Origin: Octopus sinensis
Lineage: Eukaryota
Length of the DNA: 64,000 nt
Direction of reading: 5' to 3'
Assembly (NCBI RefSeq): GCF_006345805.1
Contig: NC_043010.1
Span: 9,672,001-9,736,000, forward strand
This document shows, piece by piece, positions 48,395 through 60,589 of this stretch (position 1 is the stretch's first letter; every line of letters begins with the position of its first letter). The position numbers and the translations under genes are program-made. The notes beneath the pieces are model-generated. The model saw only the letters and a program-made list of their open reading frames with translations, was not told the origin of the DNA and ran no database searches.

Positions 48395-48715
48395 GTTGTA
48401 GTCTTGCTCACTACGTCTGATTCCTCTTATACCAAGTTCATCTCTCTGTTCAGGTTCGGTAGCACTTAATCTTTCATGCTCATAAAACAGATACCTCAAG
48501 CAAAGCAAATTCACTTTACCTCTTTCTAGTTTTTGCAAGTCATCTGCATTCAAAGCCCACATCTCAATGCCATGCAGCATTGCACTTCATACAAAAGCAT
48601 TGCACAATCTGCCTTTTACTTTGAGAAGAAGCTCTTTGTTTCCAGCAGATGTATTCGCACTAACATTTCCAACCTGTTTTTATTCTGATAACAGCCCTTC
48701 TAGAATACCCATCAC
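48395..48715 (-). pseudogene. Degraded RTE-LINE ORF fragment (post-RT region)
   Basis: LLLKVKGRLCNAFV*SAMLHGIEMWAL..DLQKLER..LGIRGI matches the RTE K.RLY...V.S.MLYG.ETW motif. Confidence 0.75.
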
Positions 48716-48732
48716 CACTGCTAATTACATTA

Positions 48733-48962
48733 CATCACTTTGATCACTTTGACCGACCAGTCCGTCAGGCGTCCATTTGACACCGCTGGTCACAGCATGC
48801 TGTCCACTCCTCTCTGGATCGCGCCTTTCTCATCCATGTGATCCCAATCGTCCTCTTGAAATCGTCACTCCACCGTCGTGGAGGTCTTCCGGGTGGTCTT
48901 TTCCGCTCACGTGGGTACCACTCGACAACTGCGTGCGTCCACCGATTATCGGTGAGCCGGTA
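48733..48962 (-). mobile_element. 5'-truncated RTE-LINE: ORF C-terminus plus short tail
   Basis: RLTDNRWTHAVVEWYPRERKRPPGRPPRRWSDD..W..CDQRCQMDA* then cggactggtcggtc(aaagtgatc)2. Confidence 0.9.
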
Positions 48963-49235
48963 ACAAAATCTGAGGCCAGCATCAAACTGATTCAAATGTA
49001 TGACTCTCGAATCAACTGAAAATGGGAGCCTTTATTGGATTACCATTCTGCTAGAAATAGCAACCAAACCTCCTCCCAATCTACACACTGCTGTTTTAAA
49101 TAAAGAGCACATTAGTTTATGTAATCCAGCATAATTCTAAAAGATATGATGCTCCTTAATGACACACCTTTGACTGTAGGTTTGTAGGGTCAGGTTGGCT
49201 TTGATGCTTAACAATAATAACTGTGTTAAATCCTT

Positions 49236-49292
49236 AAATCCTTAAAAATGTTTTAGCCCGAAGGCCGCAGCCATGCTGGGGCACCACCGTGT
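49236..49292 (-). mobile_element. CR1-type 3' tail only
   Basis: ggtggtgccccagcatggctgcggccttcgggctaaaac followed by (tttaagga)n. Confidence 0.65.
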
Positions 49293-49561
49293 TGTAAATA
49301 ATTTTTATAGGCATTACAAAGAATTTTTCAACCTATTTTATTATTTTTGCATTTTTACGGTTTTTGTTTTTGTTTCTTTTTCTTAATGCTCTAACTTGAA
49401 CTGGTGTTGACTTTATAAATTATGGTGCAACAGGGAAAAAGTTATTTAATATGTAAATATATGTAAATATCTATGTTTCATAGAGAAGTTAAATAGCATT
49501 TTCTCAGTCGGTTAAATATCAATCCTATCTCCTTAACATATAACAGGAATATATAGGTTAT

Positions 49562-49854
49562 GTGGAGGCGCAATGGCCTAGTGGTTAGGGCAGCGGACTC
49601 GCGGTCGCAGGATCGCGGTTTCGATTCCCAGACCGGGCGTTGTGAGTGTTTATTGAGCGAAAACACCTAAAAGCTCCACGAGGCTCTGGCAGGGGGTGGT
49701 GATCCCTGCTGTACTCTTTCACCACTCTTTCTTCTGTTGGCCTGCTCGCTTAGCCAGCGGGGTGGCGTCATTCAAAGGCTAAAACAATGCGAACGCATTG
49801 TGACCAGCGATGTGTAACAACATTTGATGGTCTGGTCGGTCACGTGATCACGTG
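49562..49854 (+). mobile_element. SINE family D with RTE-type tail, full length
   Basis: tRNA-Arg-like head (tggcctagtgg A box, ggtttcgattcc B box); 11-bp TSD atataggttat at 49551-49561 and 49855-49865. Confidence 0.92.
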
Positions 49855-50124
49855 ATATAGGTTATATGAACTTCTGGAAAGCTGAAGTCTGCAAGTTTGT
49901 TTTGCATTAAAATGCCATGCAGTATTAGTTCTACTTCTCTGTGCCCCGAGTTCAAATCTGAATGAGGCTAATTTTGATTTTTATGTTTTCAGATTTGATA
50001 ATGTTCCAGTAGTAGAGTTGTTTCTTCTTTGTCTCTCTTTGTCTCTCTTTGGATTCTACCTGTAATTCAAATTGTGTCATGCTTGTTTACCTGAGAATTT
50101 TGTTACATGCTGCCACCATGCAAA

Positions 50125-50330
50125 AGGCAACCTCTGCTGGTGCCGTGTAAAAAAGCACCCAGTATATTCTGTAAAGTGATTGGCATTGTGGGGAGAGCAT
50201 CCGGCCTTAGAAACCATGCTGAAACAGATGACTGTGGAAACTGGTGCAGCCCTCAAGCTTGCCAGCTCTTGTCAAAGTGTTCAACCCATGTCAGCATGGA
50301 AAATGGATATTAAATTTATGATGATGTTGA
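50125..50330 (+). mobile_element. RTE-type 3' UTR, degraded
   Basis: gtgtaaaaaagcaccc..gcatccggcc..aacccatgtcagcatggaaaatggatattaaa..atgatgatg. Confidence 0.6.
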
Positions 50331-50467
50331 AGTGGAGGAAGAGGAGGAGGAGGACGACGACGACGACGACGAAGATGATGACAACGACGATGATGGATAT
50401 GATTTTGGAATACTCAGCTGCGATTGCAAATTTCACAAATATAAATTCAGCTGATGTATACATACAT

Positions 50468-50606
50468 ACATCATCATCATCATCGTTTAACGTCTGTTTT
50501 CCATGCTAGCATGGGTTGGACGGTTCAACTGGGGTCTGGGAAGCCAGAATGCTGCGCCAGGCCCAGTCTGATCTGGCAGTGTTTCTACAGCTGGATGCCC
50601 TTCCTA
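50468..50606 (-). mobile_element. RTE-LINE 3' UTR fragment (family C)
   Basis: (CAT)n tail through ggatgcccttccta. Confidence 0.85.
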
Positions 50607-50611
50607 CATAC

Positions 50612-50642
<31 letters not shown>

Positions 50643-50667
50643 TAAATATAATACACACACACACATA

Positions 50668-51037
50668 TCTATTATATAAAATCCATTCTATCTATCTGTC
50701 TGTGTATGTCTTCTAGGATCTTGTGCATCCTCCATCTGTTTGCACTCAAATTTGATATAAGTCGTGTATAAGTCTTGAAAAAATTACAAAAATCGATTCC
50801 AGGTGAGAATGTGATCGATAAAGCCATGGGAACATGCATTTGTACGTGCAAGTACATCAGCTGTTGCGATTGATACTACGTGTACGCGAGAAAAATGCAC
50901 ATGCAGTTTGTGCAAAAAAAACCCAGCTGGCTTGAAATAATGCCACAAAATGGGACAATCGGACAAGTTGTTTTGAGAAAATTTGGTTTAAATGTTTGAC
51001 AACTCAGCACCGTCCATTAGACAGGGGCGTTTTGCTC

Positions 51038-51038
<1 letters not shown>
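50668..51038 (+). mobile_element. Possible non-autonomous Helitron (second family)
   Basis: A|TCTATTATATAAAATC 5' end; 3' cgtc-catta-gaca hairpin followed by degenerate CTCA|T. Confidence 0.35.
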
Positions 51039-51068
<30 letters not shown>

Positions 51069-51084
51069 TATTTATTTATTTATA

Positions 51085-51478
51085 CTTTTATTCTTTTATT
51101 TGTTTCAATCATTTGACTGTGGCCATGCCGGAGCACCACCTTCAGTTGAGCAAATCGATCCTAGGACTTATTCTTTGTAAGCTTAGTACTTATTCTGTTA
51201 GTCCCTTTTGCCAAACTGCTAAGTTATAGGGATGTAAACACTCCTGCATCAGTTGTTGAGCGATGTTGTGGGGACAAACACAAACACACACACATACATA
51301 CACATACACACATATATGTATACGACAGGCTTCTTTCTGTTTTCCATCTACTATATCCACTCACAAGGCTTTGGTAGGCCCGACGCTATGGTAGAAGACA
51401 CTTGCCCAAGGTACTACGCAGTGGTACTGAACCTGAAACCAAGTGGTTGGTAAGCAAGCTACTTACCACACAGCCACA
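51085..51478 (-). mobile_element. SINE family B
   Basis: Tail, body and head through accacacagccac. Confidence 0.85.
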
Positions 51479-52149
51479 CAAGAATAATAATTATAAGGAT
51501 TATTATGAAGTGGCATATTTCAAAACATTCTGTTGTTTAAATATTTATTATTCATTTTATACATGTGCAAGCATCTCAAAGCTTGTTCGTGTCTAGAATT
51601 TATTGCATTACCCTCAGATATAAAAATTTTGGACTGTAAGTGATTATCGAATCAAAACTTGTATAGAAGATAGTTAATGCCTAATTTAACAAACAACTCT
51701 GCGTCATACAACAGAGAGTAGAAAAAGGATAAACTTTAAACAGTTAAATCAATGGATATTATGTAAAGACCCTGAAGAAGCTGTGCTGGTATTATAGCAG
51801 GGTTGAAATTGCAAAGGGTACTAATTGGTGCTGTTGAAACATATGAAGGTTGATGTAAATATGTATATATAGATATATAAAGGAAAGAATTAAAGGTAAT
51901 GCTTTGCCACTTCATAATAATCCTTATAATTATTATTGTTGATATTATATGCTCCAGGAAACTTATATGGATAAGGTAATATATTTAGAATTATCCAATT
52001 GAATATATCTCTAAATTCTTATCTTATGAGAATATTACTGGATTTATATATTAACTGTTGAATAACCTATTTGGAATACCTAACTGAGAGCAAACTGGTA
52101 GACGTTTGGAGTAATCCCTTACTACTTACAAGTATATATATATATATAT

Positions 52150-52199
<50 letters not shown>

Positions 52200-52931
52200 G
52201 AGCGAGAGAGATAGAGAGAGCGAGAGAGATAGATAGATAAATAGATAGATAGATAGATAGATAGATAGGTATATATATATATAATATATGTGGCTGCAGA
52301 AGTATTAAATCAAAAGAGCCATCTATGTATTATGTTTAATGGATATACACTGTTCATAGGCCAAATACTGCAGTATTTAACCAGAGATAACATGTCATAT
52401 GAATGGTGGGGGAAATCTCGGTGAAGCGAATGGTAATCAAAAAAGAGAGAGAGGGAGAGACAGACAGAGTGAGGCCAAGAGAGAGAGAGAGAGATAGAGT
52501 GAGGCAGAGAGCGTAAGGGGTATAGTGGTCAGGACACAAGGGAGAAAAATATTCTTTTGGGATTTGTGTAGCATAATTTAACGAGACAGCAAATATTGAT
52601 AACAGTAAAATAGAATTGAAAAATCTGAGAGTTTTCGGTCAGACAATCTAAAACAAAATTAGAGAAACAAGTGACTGTGTGATAAACCTTAATAGATGAA
52701 TGAATGAATGTGTTGTGGTTAAGGAAATGCATGAACTAAGGTTATCTTAAGGCAACAACAAGGAAGACGAAACTATTGAATCTATATTTACTTGACGGCA
52801 TGGTAATGAAATAGACAGAATAATGAAAGGAACTAATAAGGGGTTTGTGATCTGCACAGAAATTGAAGAGTAGATGAACAAGGTTGAAAAGACAAAACTT
52901 CTTATCTGAGCATCTTCTGAGATTTGTATTC

Positions 52932-52971
<40 letters not shown>

Positions 52972-53129
52972 TTCCTTCCTCTCTCTCTCTCTCTCTCACT
53001 CCTCCTCATCTCTCTCACAGCCAGGTCTACGAACTTCCTTTCGCCGGCGGCCTTATTCAGGTAAACATGTTTCTTCCTGCGCTCGTGAAAAAAATGTTTT
53101 CCTCGTCTAGGCTTATAGGCCCTCTTTAT

Positions 53130-53560
53130 TTGTTTTCCTGTCCTGTTTCTATTCCTTCTTGTACTGTATTTCTTGTAATTGTATTTTTATTTTGTATTTG
53201 TTTTTAATTGTATTGTTTTTACGTCCTGTTTTTGTCACATTTTTTTTCCTTGTTTTTACCCCTCTACAAAGGAATTTTATTTAATTCTTTCGCAGGAAGG
53301 ATTAGTTCGACGAGACGTGTTCTGTCCTCACGTTCGAAACATGCTGGAGTTGAACTAGGGATGGCTGATGAAGGGGATTTTTCCTTGTGTAGTTGTCTTG
53401 TACTCTGTTTTTTCGTTGTTAAAGGAATGGTCCGTTCCATGCTGTTGTTACGTTTTCGTTTCTCGTTGAGTTCTACGTCTATTTGTGGTGTCCTGTACAC
53501 ACGTATATATATTTATATATACATGTATATATACATGTAGATGTAGGTATGTACATATAT
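53130..53560 (+). mobile_element. Penelope-like repeat P3
   Basis: Homolog of 10330-10745; hammerhead-like motif at 53307-53343. Confidence 0.5.
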
Positions 53561-53939
53561 GTTTGTATGTATGCATATATTTTATTTATTACACTATTGT
53601 ATGACTGAGCGCCTTCGCGTCGATTCAATTCGATTCGTTTGGTTTCGTTTTGTTTCTTCTTCTTCTCTAAGCTGGTTTTTATATATATTATATATATATA
53701 TATGACTACTTATATTTGTATATACATATGTGTGCGTATGCATAAATGCTATACATAAATTCTAGAAATTCTAAATATAAACTGTATCAGATATTTACAA
53801 ACACTAATCTAAGACAATAATATGAAAACAAGCCTTCCCACAGGACATGAACTTTACACTTAATGAACTTCTGGAAACCGCATTATTGATTGTACCATAG
53901 ATACCCTGTCATCCCTTACTTCCTAATAATCTTATATAA

Positions 53940-54270
53940 ATGTAGCTGTGTGATAAGAAACTTGCTTCCCAACCACATGGTTCTGGGTTCAGTTTCACTG
54001 CATGGCACATTAGACAAGTGCCTTCTACTATAGCCTCGGGTCGACCAAAGCCTTGTGAGTGGATTTGGTAGACAGAAACTGAAAGAAGTCCATCATATAT
54101 ATACATATTTACATATTTATGTGAGTATGTGTGTCTGTGTTTGTCCCCCCTGCCATTGCTTGACAACTGATACTAGTGTGCTGATGTCCCTGTAACTTAG
54201 CAGTCCAGCAAAGAGATCGATAGAATAAGCACTAGGCTTACAAAGAATAAGTCCTGGGGTGGGGGTCGAC
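53940..54270 (+). mobile_element. SINE family B, 3' tail missing
   Basis: gctgtgtgataag head through gaataagtcctgggg. Confidence 0.8.
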
Positions 54271-54299
54271 GTCTTTGTTGAAAACCCTTTAATTTGAAC

Positions 54300-54465
54300 T
54301 CAGATTATATCGACCACAGTGCATAACTGGTACTTTATTTATCGACCCCGAAAGGATGAAAGGCAAAGTCGACCTTGGCAGAATTTGAACTCAGAACATA
54401 ACGGCAGACGAAATACCGCTAAGCATTTCGCCCCGCGTGCTAACGATTCTGCCAGCTCACAGCCT
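54300..54465 (-). mobile_element. SINE family A, 5' part
   Basis: tcgacc.cagtgcataactggtac through gccagctc. Confidence 0.85.
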
Positions 54466-54899
54466 TTCGTGCATCTTTCCATTTCTGGCTACCAAAGCAT
54501 CTCACAAGTCTTTGCTTGAAGACTTCTGTGTGTCTGAAGCCAGAATGAAGCAAGACTGAAGCCAGAATTTTGTGTTTGTGAAGCAAACTTCTCACCATAC
54601 AGCCACAACTGCACCTGTGTACATATCTGTATTTAGATATGAATAGCTCTGATCAATGCTTGTATTTCTTTTTGAATTTTATCATCGAACTAATGCAAAA
54701 CAATGTTCTCATTGGGTTTTTTATTTTTTCCCTGCCTCTTCAAAATATGGTCCAGTGATTTCTGCAAGCTAATATATAAACTCTGGCCTTATAATTGTTG
54801 TGTTTAGCATATTATAGATGTAGCTGACAATTCACTGCATTTAATACATATATATATATATATATGCATGGTGTAGCAATGGTTATAAAATGAAACAAA

Positions 54900-54973
<74 letters not shown>

Positions 54974-55070
54974 GGTGGTGGTGGTGATGATGATGATGGT
55001 GATGGTGATGATGATGATGACGATGATGATGATGATGATGATGATGGTGGTGATGATAATTGTGATGATG

Positions 55071-55101
<31 letters not shown>

Positions 55102-55320
55102 AGATGGTGATGAAACAGATAACAACAACTATGCCACCAATGATGCTGCTACCACCATCAACAACAATGATGAAGAAGGGAGAGGAGGAGGAGGAGGAGG
55201 CGACGGAAAGTGGTAAGGGTGATGAGAGTGATGATGATGATGATACCAACAAAATAGTGATGAAGATGATGATGAAGATGAAGATGAAGATGATGATGAT
55301 GATGATAATGATGACGATGC
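54900..55320. repeat. (GAT/GGT)n trinucleotide array
   Basis: Read directly from the sequence. Confidence 0.95.
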
Positions 55321-55789
55321 TGGTGTTATTTAGCTACAAGTCAATCTTGATCGAAGACGTTCCAATCACGACCGTCCTATCTTAGAAAAGGTGTCTAGGA
55401 ATACATTATCGAATGTAGTCTCCCATTTCATAAGTGTGTGATTTGAGGAAGTTTTAGCTATTATTTTTAGCAGACCAAGTGATCCTGTGGTGTCTCCCTC
55501 ATTAGCTTGATTGTCAGTAATGGTACTGATGGTTAATGACAATAACAATGACAATACTAATATTGACTATGATTGTAATAGATGACGGTATTGATACCTA
55601 ATGGTGATAGGGTTGATGGTGGTACTGCTGGTGGCAATGGCAGTAGTGGTAGTGGGGGTGGTGATGGTGGATGGTAGTGGTGATGGTGGGGTTGTTGTTG
55701 TTGATGGTGGCGGTGGTTTTGCTGGTGGTGGCAATGATGTTTGGAGCAATTATAAAAAACATAATAATGTTCTCAATGACCACAATATT

Positions 55790-55970
55790 GGCTTCAAATT
55801 TGGGCACAAGGCCAGCAGTCTTGGGGGAGGGGTAAGTCGATTTCGTCGACCCATCCCCAGTGTTCAACTGATACTTGTTTTATCGACTCCAATATTAGCT
55901 GAAAGGCAAAGTCAACTTCGGTGAAATTTGAACTCGGAGCGTACAGATGAATGAAATACCACTAAGCATT
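55790..55970 (-). mobile_element. SINE family A (A2-type tail), degraded
   Basis: tttgggcacaaggcc..ggcaaagtcaac..gaaataccactaagcat. Confidence 0.7.
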
Positions 55971-56430
55971 CTTATTTCTTGATTGCCCACAAGGGGCTAA
56001 ACATAGGGGATAAACAAGGACAGACAAAGGGATTAAGTTGATTACATCGACCCCAAGGTGCAACTGGTACTTAATTTATTTAAGGCGGCGAGCTGGCAGA
56101 AACGTTAGCACGCCGGGCGAAATGTGTAGCTGTATTTCGTCTGCCGTTACGTTCTGAGTTCAAATTCCACCGAGGTCGACTTTGCCTTTCATCCTTTCGG
56201 GGTTAGGCACTGAGGTCGATATAATCGACTTAATCCGTTTGTCTGTCCTTGTTTGTCCCCTTTATGTTTAGCCCCTTGTGAGTAGTAAAGAAATAGGTAC
56301 TTAATTTATCGACCTTGAAAGGATGAAAGACAAAGTTTACCTCGGCGGAATTTGAACTTAGAACGTAACGGCAGACGAAATACCACTAAGCATTTCTCCC
56401 GGCATGCTAATGTTTCTACCAGCTTGCTGC
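55971..56430 (-). mobile_element. SINE A1 host copy split by an antisense SINE A1
   Basis: 14-bp TSD ggtacttaatttat at 56066-56079 and 56296-56309. Confidence 0.85.
56082..56295 (+). mobile_element. SINE A1 nested insertion, full length
   Basis: aaggcggcgagctggcagaaacg to gtaaagaaata between the TSD copies. Confidence 0.9.
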
Positions 56431-58531
56431 CTTGCATTCTGTCCGGCTAAGCATTTCTCCTGGCATGCTAATGTTTCTATCAGCTCGCTGCCTTGCATTC
56501 TGTCTGGCTAAGCATTCTGTCCGGCATGCTAATGTTTCTACCAGCTTGCTGCCTTGCATTCTTTCTGGCTAAGCATTCTGTCTGGCATGCTAATGTTTCT
56601 ACCAGCTTGCTGCCTTGCATTCTGTCCGGCTAAGCATTTCTCCTGGCATGCTAATGTTTCTACCAGCTTGCTGCCTTGCATTCTGTCCGGCTAAGCATTT
56701 CTCCTGGCATGCTAATGTTTCTACCAGCTCGCTGCCTTGCATTCTGTCTGGCTAAGCATTCTGTCTGGCATGCTAATGTTTCTACCAGCTTGCTGCCTTG
56801 CATTCTGTCTGGCTAAGTATTCTGTCCGGCATGCTAATGTTTCTACCAGCTCGCCACCTTGCATTCTGTCTGGCTAAGCATTCTGTCCGGCATGCTAATG
56901 TTTCTACCAGCTCACTGCCTTGCATTCTGTCTGGCTAAGCATTCTGTCCGGCATGCAAATGTTTCTACCAGCTTGCTGCCTTGCATTCTGTCTGGCTAAG
57001 CATTCTGTCCGGCATGCAAATGTTTCTACCAGCTCACTGCCTTGCATTCTGTCTGGCTAAGCATTCTGTCCGCCATGCTAATGTTTCTACCAGCTCGCCG
57101 CCTTGCATTCTGTCTGGCTAAGCATTCTGTCCGGCATGCTAATGTTTCTACCAGCTCACTGCCCTGCCTTCTGTCTGGCTAAGCATTCTGTCCGGCATGC
57201 TAATGTTTCTACAAGCTTGCTGCCTTGCATTCTGTCTGGCTAAGCATTCTGTCCGGCATGCTAATGTTTCTACCAGCTTGCTGCCTTGCATTCTGTCTGG
57301 CTAAGCATTCTGTCCGCCATGCTAATGTTTCTACCAGCTCGCTGCCTTGCATACTGTCTGGTTAAGCATTCTGTCCGGCATGCTAATGTTTCTACCAGCT
57401 TGCTGCCTTGCATTCTGTCTGGCTAAGCATTCTGTCCGGTATGCAAATGTTTCTACCAGCTCGCTGCCTTGCATTCTGTCCGGTATGCTAATGTTTCTAC
57501 CAGCTCGCTGCCTTGCATTCTGTCTGGCTAAGCATTCTGTCCGGCATGCTAATGTTTCTACCAGCTTGCTGCCTTGCATTCTGTCTGGCTAAGCATTCTG
57601 TCCGGCATGTTAATGTTTCTACCAGCTTGCTGCCTTGCATTCTGTCTGGCTAAGCATTCTGTCCGGCATGCTAATGTTTCTACCAGCTCGCTGCCTTGCA
57701 TTCTGTCTGGCTAAGCATTCTGTCCGGCATGCTAATGTTTCTACCAGCTCGCTGCCTTGCATTCTGTCTGGCTAAGCATTCTGTCCGGCATGCTAATGTT
57801 TCTACCAGCTTGCTGCCTTGCATTCTGTCTGGCTAAGCATTCTGTCCGGTATGCAAATGTCTCTACCAGCTCGCTGCCTTGCATTCTGTCCGGTATGCTA
57901 ATGTTTCTACCAGCTCACTGCCTTGCCTTCTGTCTGGCTAAGCATTCTGTCCGGCATGCTAATGTTTCTACCAGCTTGCTGCCTTGCATTCTGTCTGGCT
58001 AAGCATTCTGTCCGGCATGCTAATGTTTCTACCAGCTTGCTGCCTTGCATTCTTTCTGGCTAAGCATTCCGTCCGGCATGCTAATGTTTCTACCAGCTCG
58101 CTGCCTTGCATTCTGTCTGGCTAAGCATTCTGTCCGGCATGCTAATGTTTCTACCAGCTTGCTGCCTTGCATTCTGTCTGGCTAAGCATTCTGTCCGGCA
58201 TGTTAATGTTTCTACCAGCTTGCTGCCTTGCATTCTGTCTGGCTAAGCATTCTGTCCGGCATGCTAATGTTTCTACCAGCTTGCTGCCTTGCATTCTGTC
58301 CGGCTAAGCATTCTGTCCGGCATGCTAATGTTTCTACCAGCTCGCTGCCTTGCATTCTGTCCGGCTAAGCATTCTGTCCGGCATGTTAATGTTTCTACCA
58401 GCTTGCTGCCTTGCATTCTGTCCGGCTAAGCATTCTGTCCGGCATGCTAATGTTTCTACCAGCTCGCTGCCTTGCATTCTGTCCGGCTAAGCATTCTGTC
58501 CGGCATGCTAATGTTTCTGACAGCTCACCAC
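56386..58531. repeat. 61-bp satellite (about 35 units) derived from the SINE A head
   Basis: Unit gctaagcattctgtccggcatgctaatgtttctaccagct(t/c)gctgccttgcattctgtctg; 1-base shift per 60-base line gives period 61; array is continuous with the host SINE at both ends. Confidence 0.95.
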
Positions 58532-59002
58532 TTTTGCGATGGTCATAACAGTAAAAAATACAAAACAAACCAAAAACAAACACAATGGCAGATTGTATGC
58601 GTTGGTGATGGTAATAGTGTGACTGACAGCTATGAGTGATGATAACACCAGTGATAAAAAGAAAATTAAGATTGATGAATAAAGACAAAAGACTGAAGAT
58701 AAACGTGAATAAGACAGAAGTATAATTTTATCTGGTAATATTCAGATTGTTATTTACATGAATAGATAATTTCAGAATAGCATAGTCATAAAAAATATCC
58801 AAACTGTGCAATAGTTTGGATTTCATTTTAACTTTCTCTCCTTTGCTTCACTTTAAATTTCGTCAAATTATTATTATTATTATTATCATTATTATTATTT
58901 TTCTTTTTTTTTTTTTTGGTCTGTTGAATTTGCATAGTTTTGTAATGTGCGAGGGAGAGTTTTTAGTAAATGCTGTAGTATGTATAAATATATATATATA
59001 TG

Positions 59003-59048
<46 letters not shown>

Positions 59049-59356
59049 TGGATGTATGTGTAAATGCGTGTGTATCTATGTATGTATTTTGTTGTGTGTG
59101 TGTATGTATGTATGTTTGTGGTTGTTTACCAAAATGTCCTAGAGGTGTGGGAGTTGTTTAGTTGATGAAGTGTTTGGCATAAATATGTTGTTTTTTTTTT
59201 TTTAACAGTACAGTCTGGCTGACAATGGAAGCTATACTCGTCTTCAAGACTTCAACACTTAACTGCTAAGTACGAATATACTCACCTTAACCAGGATACA
59301 TCATTTACAAGGTAAGGTAATAGCAACACCTAATGGTGGAAACGGAAACAGAACAG

Positions 59357-59388
<32 letters not shown>

Positions 59389-59580
59389 ACAAAAACAAGA
59401 ACAAGAATTAAAAAAAAAAAAAAACAAACTCCGGAAATAAAACACTATGTTCCTTGTGAATGTTACATACTGCCAAAGTTGAAAATAGTCATCCTTACAG
59501 TGAAGCACTGAACTTTAAAAAAGCTCGAGTTTAGAAATTATATAGAAATTTTTTTCTTTTTTTTTCTTTTTTTTTTTTTG

Positions 59581-59611
<31 letters not shown>

Positions 59612-60330
59612 CTACACTTGGGTCCCTTATAAAAAAAGTCAAGCTAAATTTATTCCAGAAGTTCAGTCGGCAAAGTTCTTCTTCAAGTGTTCTTCTGAGG
59701 ATTTTCTTTTTTTTTTGCAAAAAAAAAAAAAAAATTTTTTTTTTTTTAAATTTTTATTCCTTATTTCTGTAATGATTAATAATGGTAGTGGTGGTAGGTG
59801 GGTGGGGGGGAAATAAAACTGGAGATTAGTGAGTGATTTGATTCTTATGGTTGGTTGATGTGTTGTCCATCAAAATGAAGTGGTTGTCCTATTGAAATAT
59901 GCATCACTTTTACCAAATATCTCTGGGAATTGGTCAAAATAATTACAGTTGTGTCGTCCTCAGAATAAAGCTTTTCAGAGAAAAAAAAATTCTTGACACT
60001 TTTGCCTTGAATTCTGGTAATTTGGTCTTGGAAATACATGAAATACTTGATGAGGGAAACCTGTAAGAAGAGAAAAATATATACTATTAAAATCTCCTCT
60101 TATCTCAAATGAAATGGTTGGTAATATAACTGCACATTGGTGGTTCAAAGCTATTTTGTCACTGGTACATATTTTAGAACGTTAAAAAATATATTGAATT
60201 GTATGAAATCTCAAAATATATTAAGTAAAAGTATGTCTATATGGTTCACAAACTTGCTTTGCAGACACATAACTTTAGGTTCAGTTCTATTGCATGGTAT
60301 CTTAGGTAAGTATTTTCTACTATATATATA

Positions 60331-60589
60331 TATAACAATGAGGATCTTTGCAACAAGTTGCTAGACCACATACCGAAAGTATTAGAAATAGCAGCCAGAG
60401 GACTGCTATTTCCTTTTACTACAAAAATATGTCTCCACAGACAACAGTATTTGTAACTCATTATGCGGCAAAATGTTGTCTGTGGAGACATATTTTTGTA
60501 GTAAAAGGAAATAGCAGTCCTCAGGCTGCTATTTCTAATACTTTCAGTATGTGGTCTAGCAACTTGTTGCAAAGACCCACATTGTTATA
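60331..60589. mobile_element. Fold-back MITE
   Basis: 116-bp arms 60331-60446 and 60474-60589 with few mismatches; 27-bp spacer; TA-rich flanks. Confidence 0.8.

Noticed and set aside
49562-49640. Functional tRNA genes at SINE heads (families A, B, D)
   Set aside because: Cloverleafs are incomplete and continue into SINE bodies with TSDs
53365-53387. Canonical CTGATGA core in P3
   Set aside because: Followed by a stem but then TTG rather than GAAA, so no hammerhead closes
54812-55385. Poly-Asp, poly-Met and poly-Ser ORFs
   Set aside because: Translations of the (GAT/GGT)n array
56386-58531. CRISPR-like array
   Set aside because: No unique spacers, no cas genes, eukaryotic context, and the unit derives from a SINE
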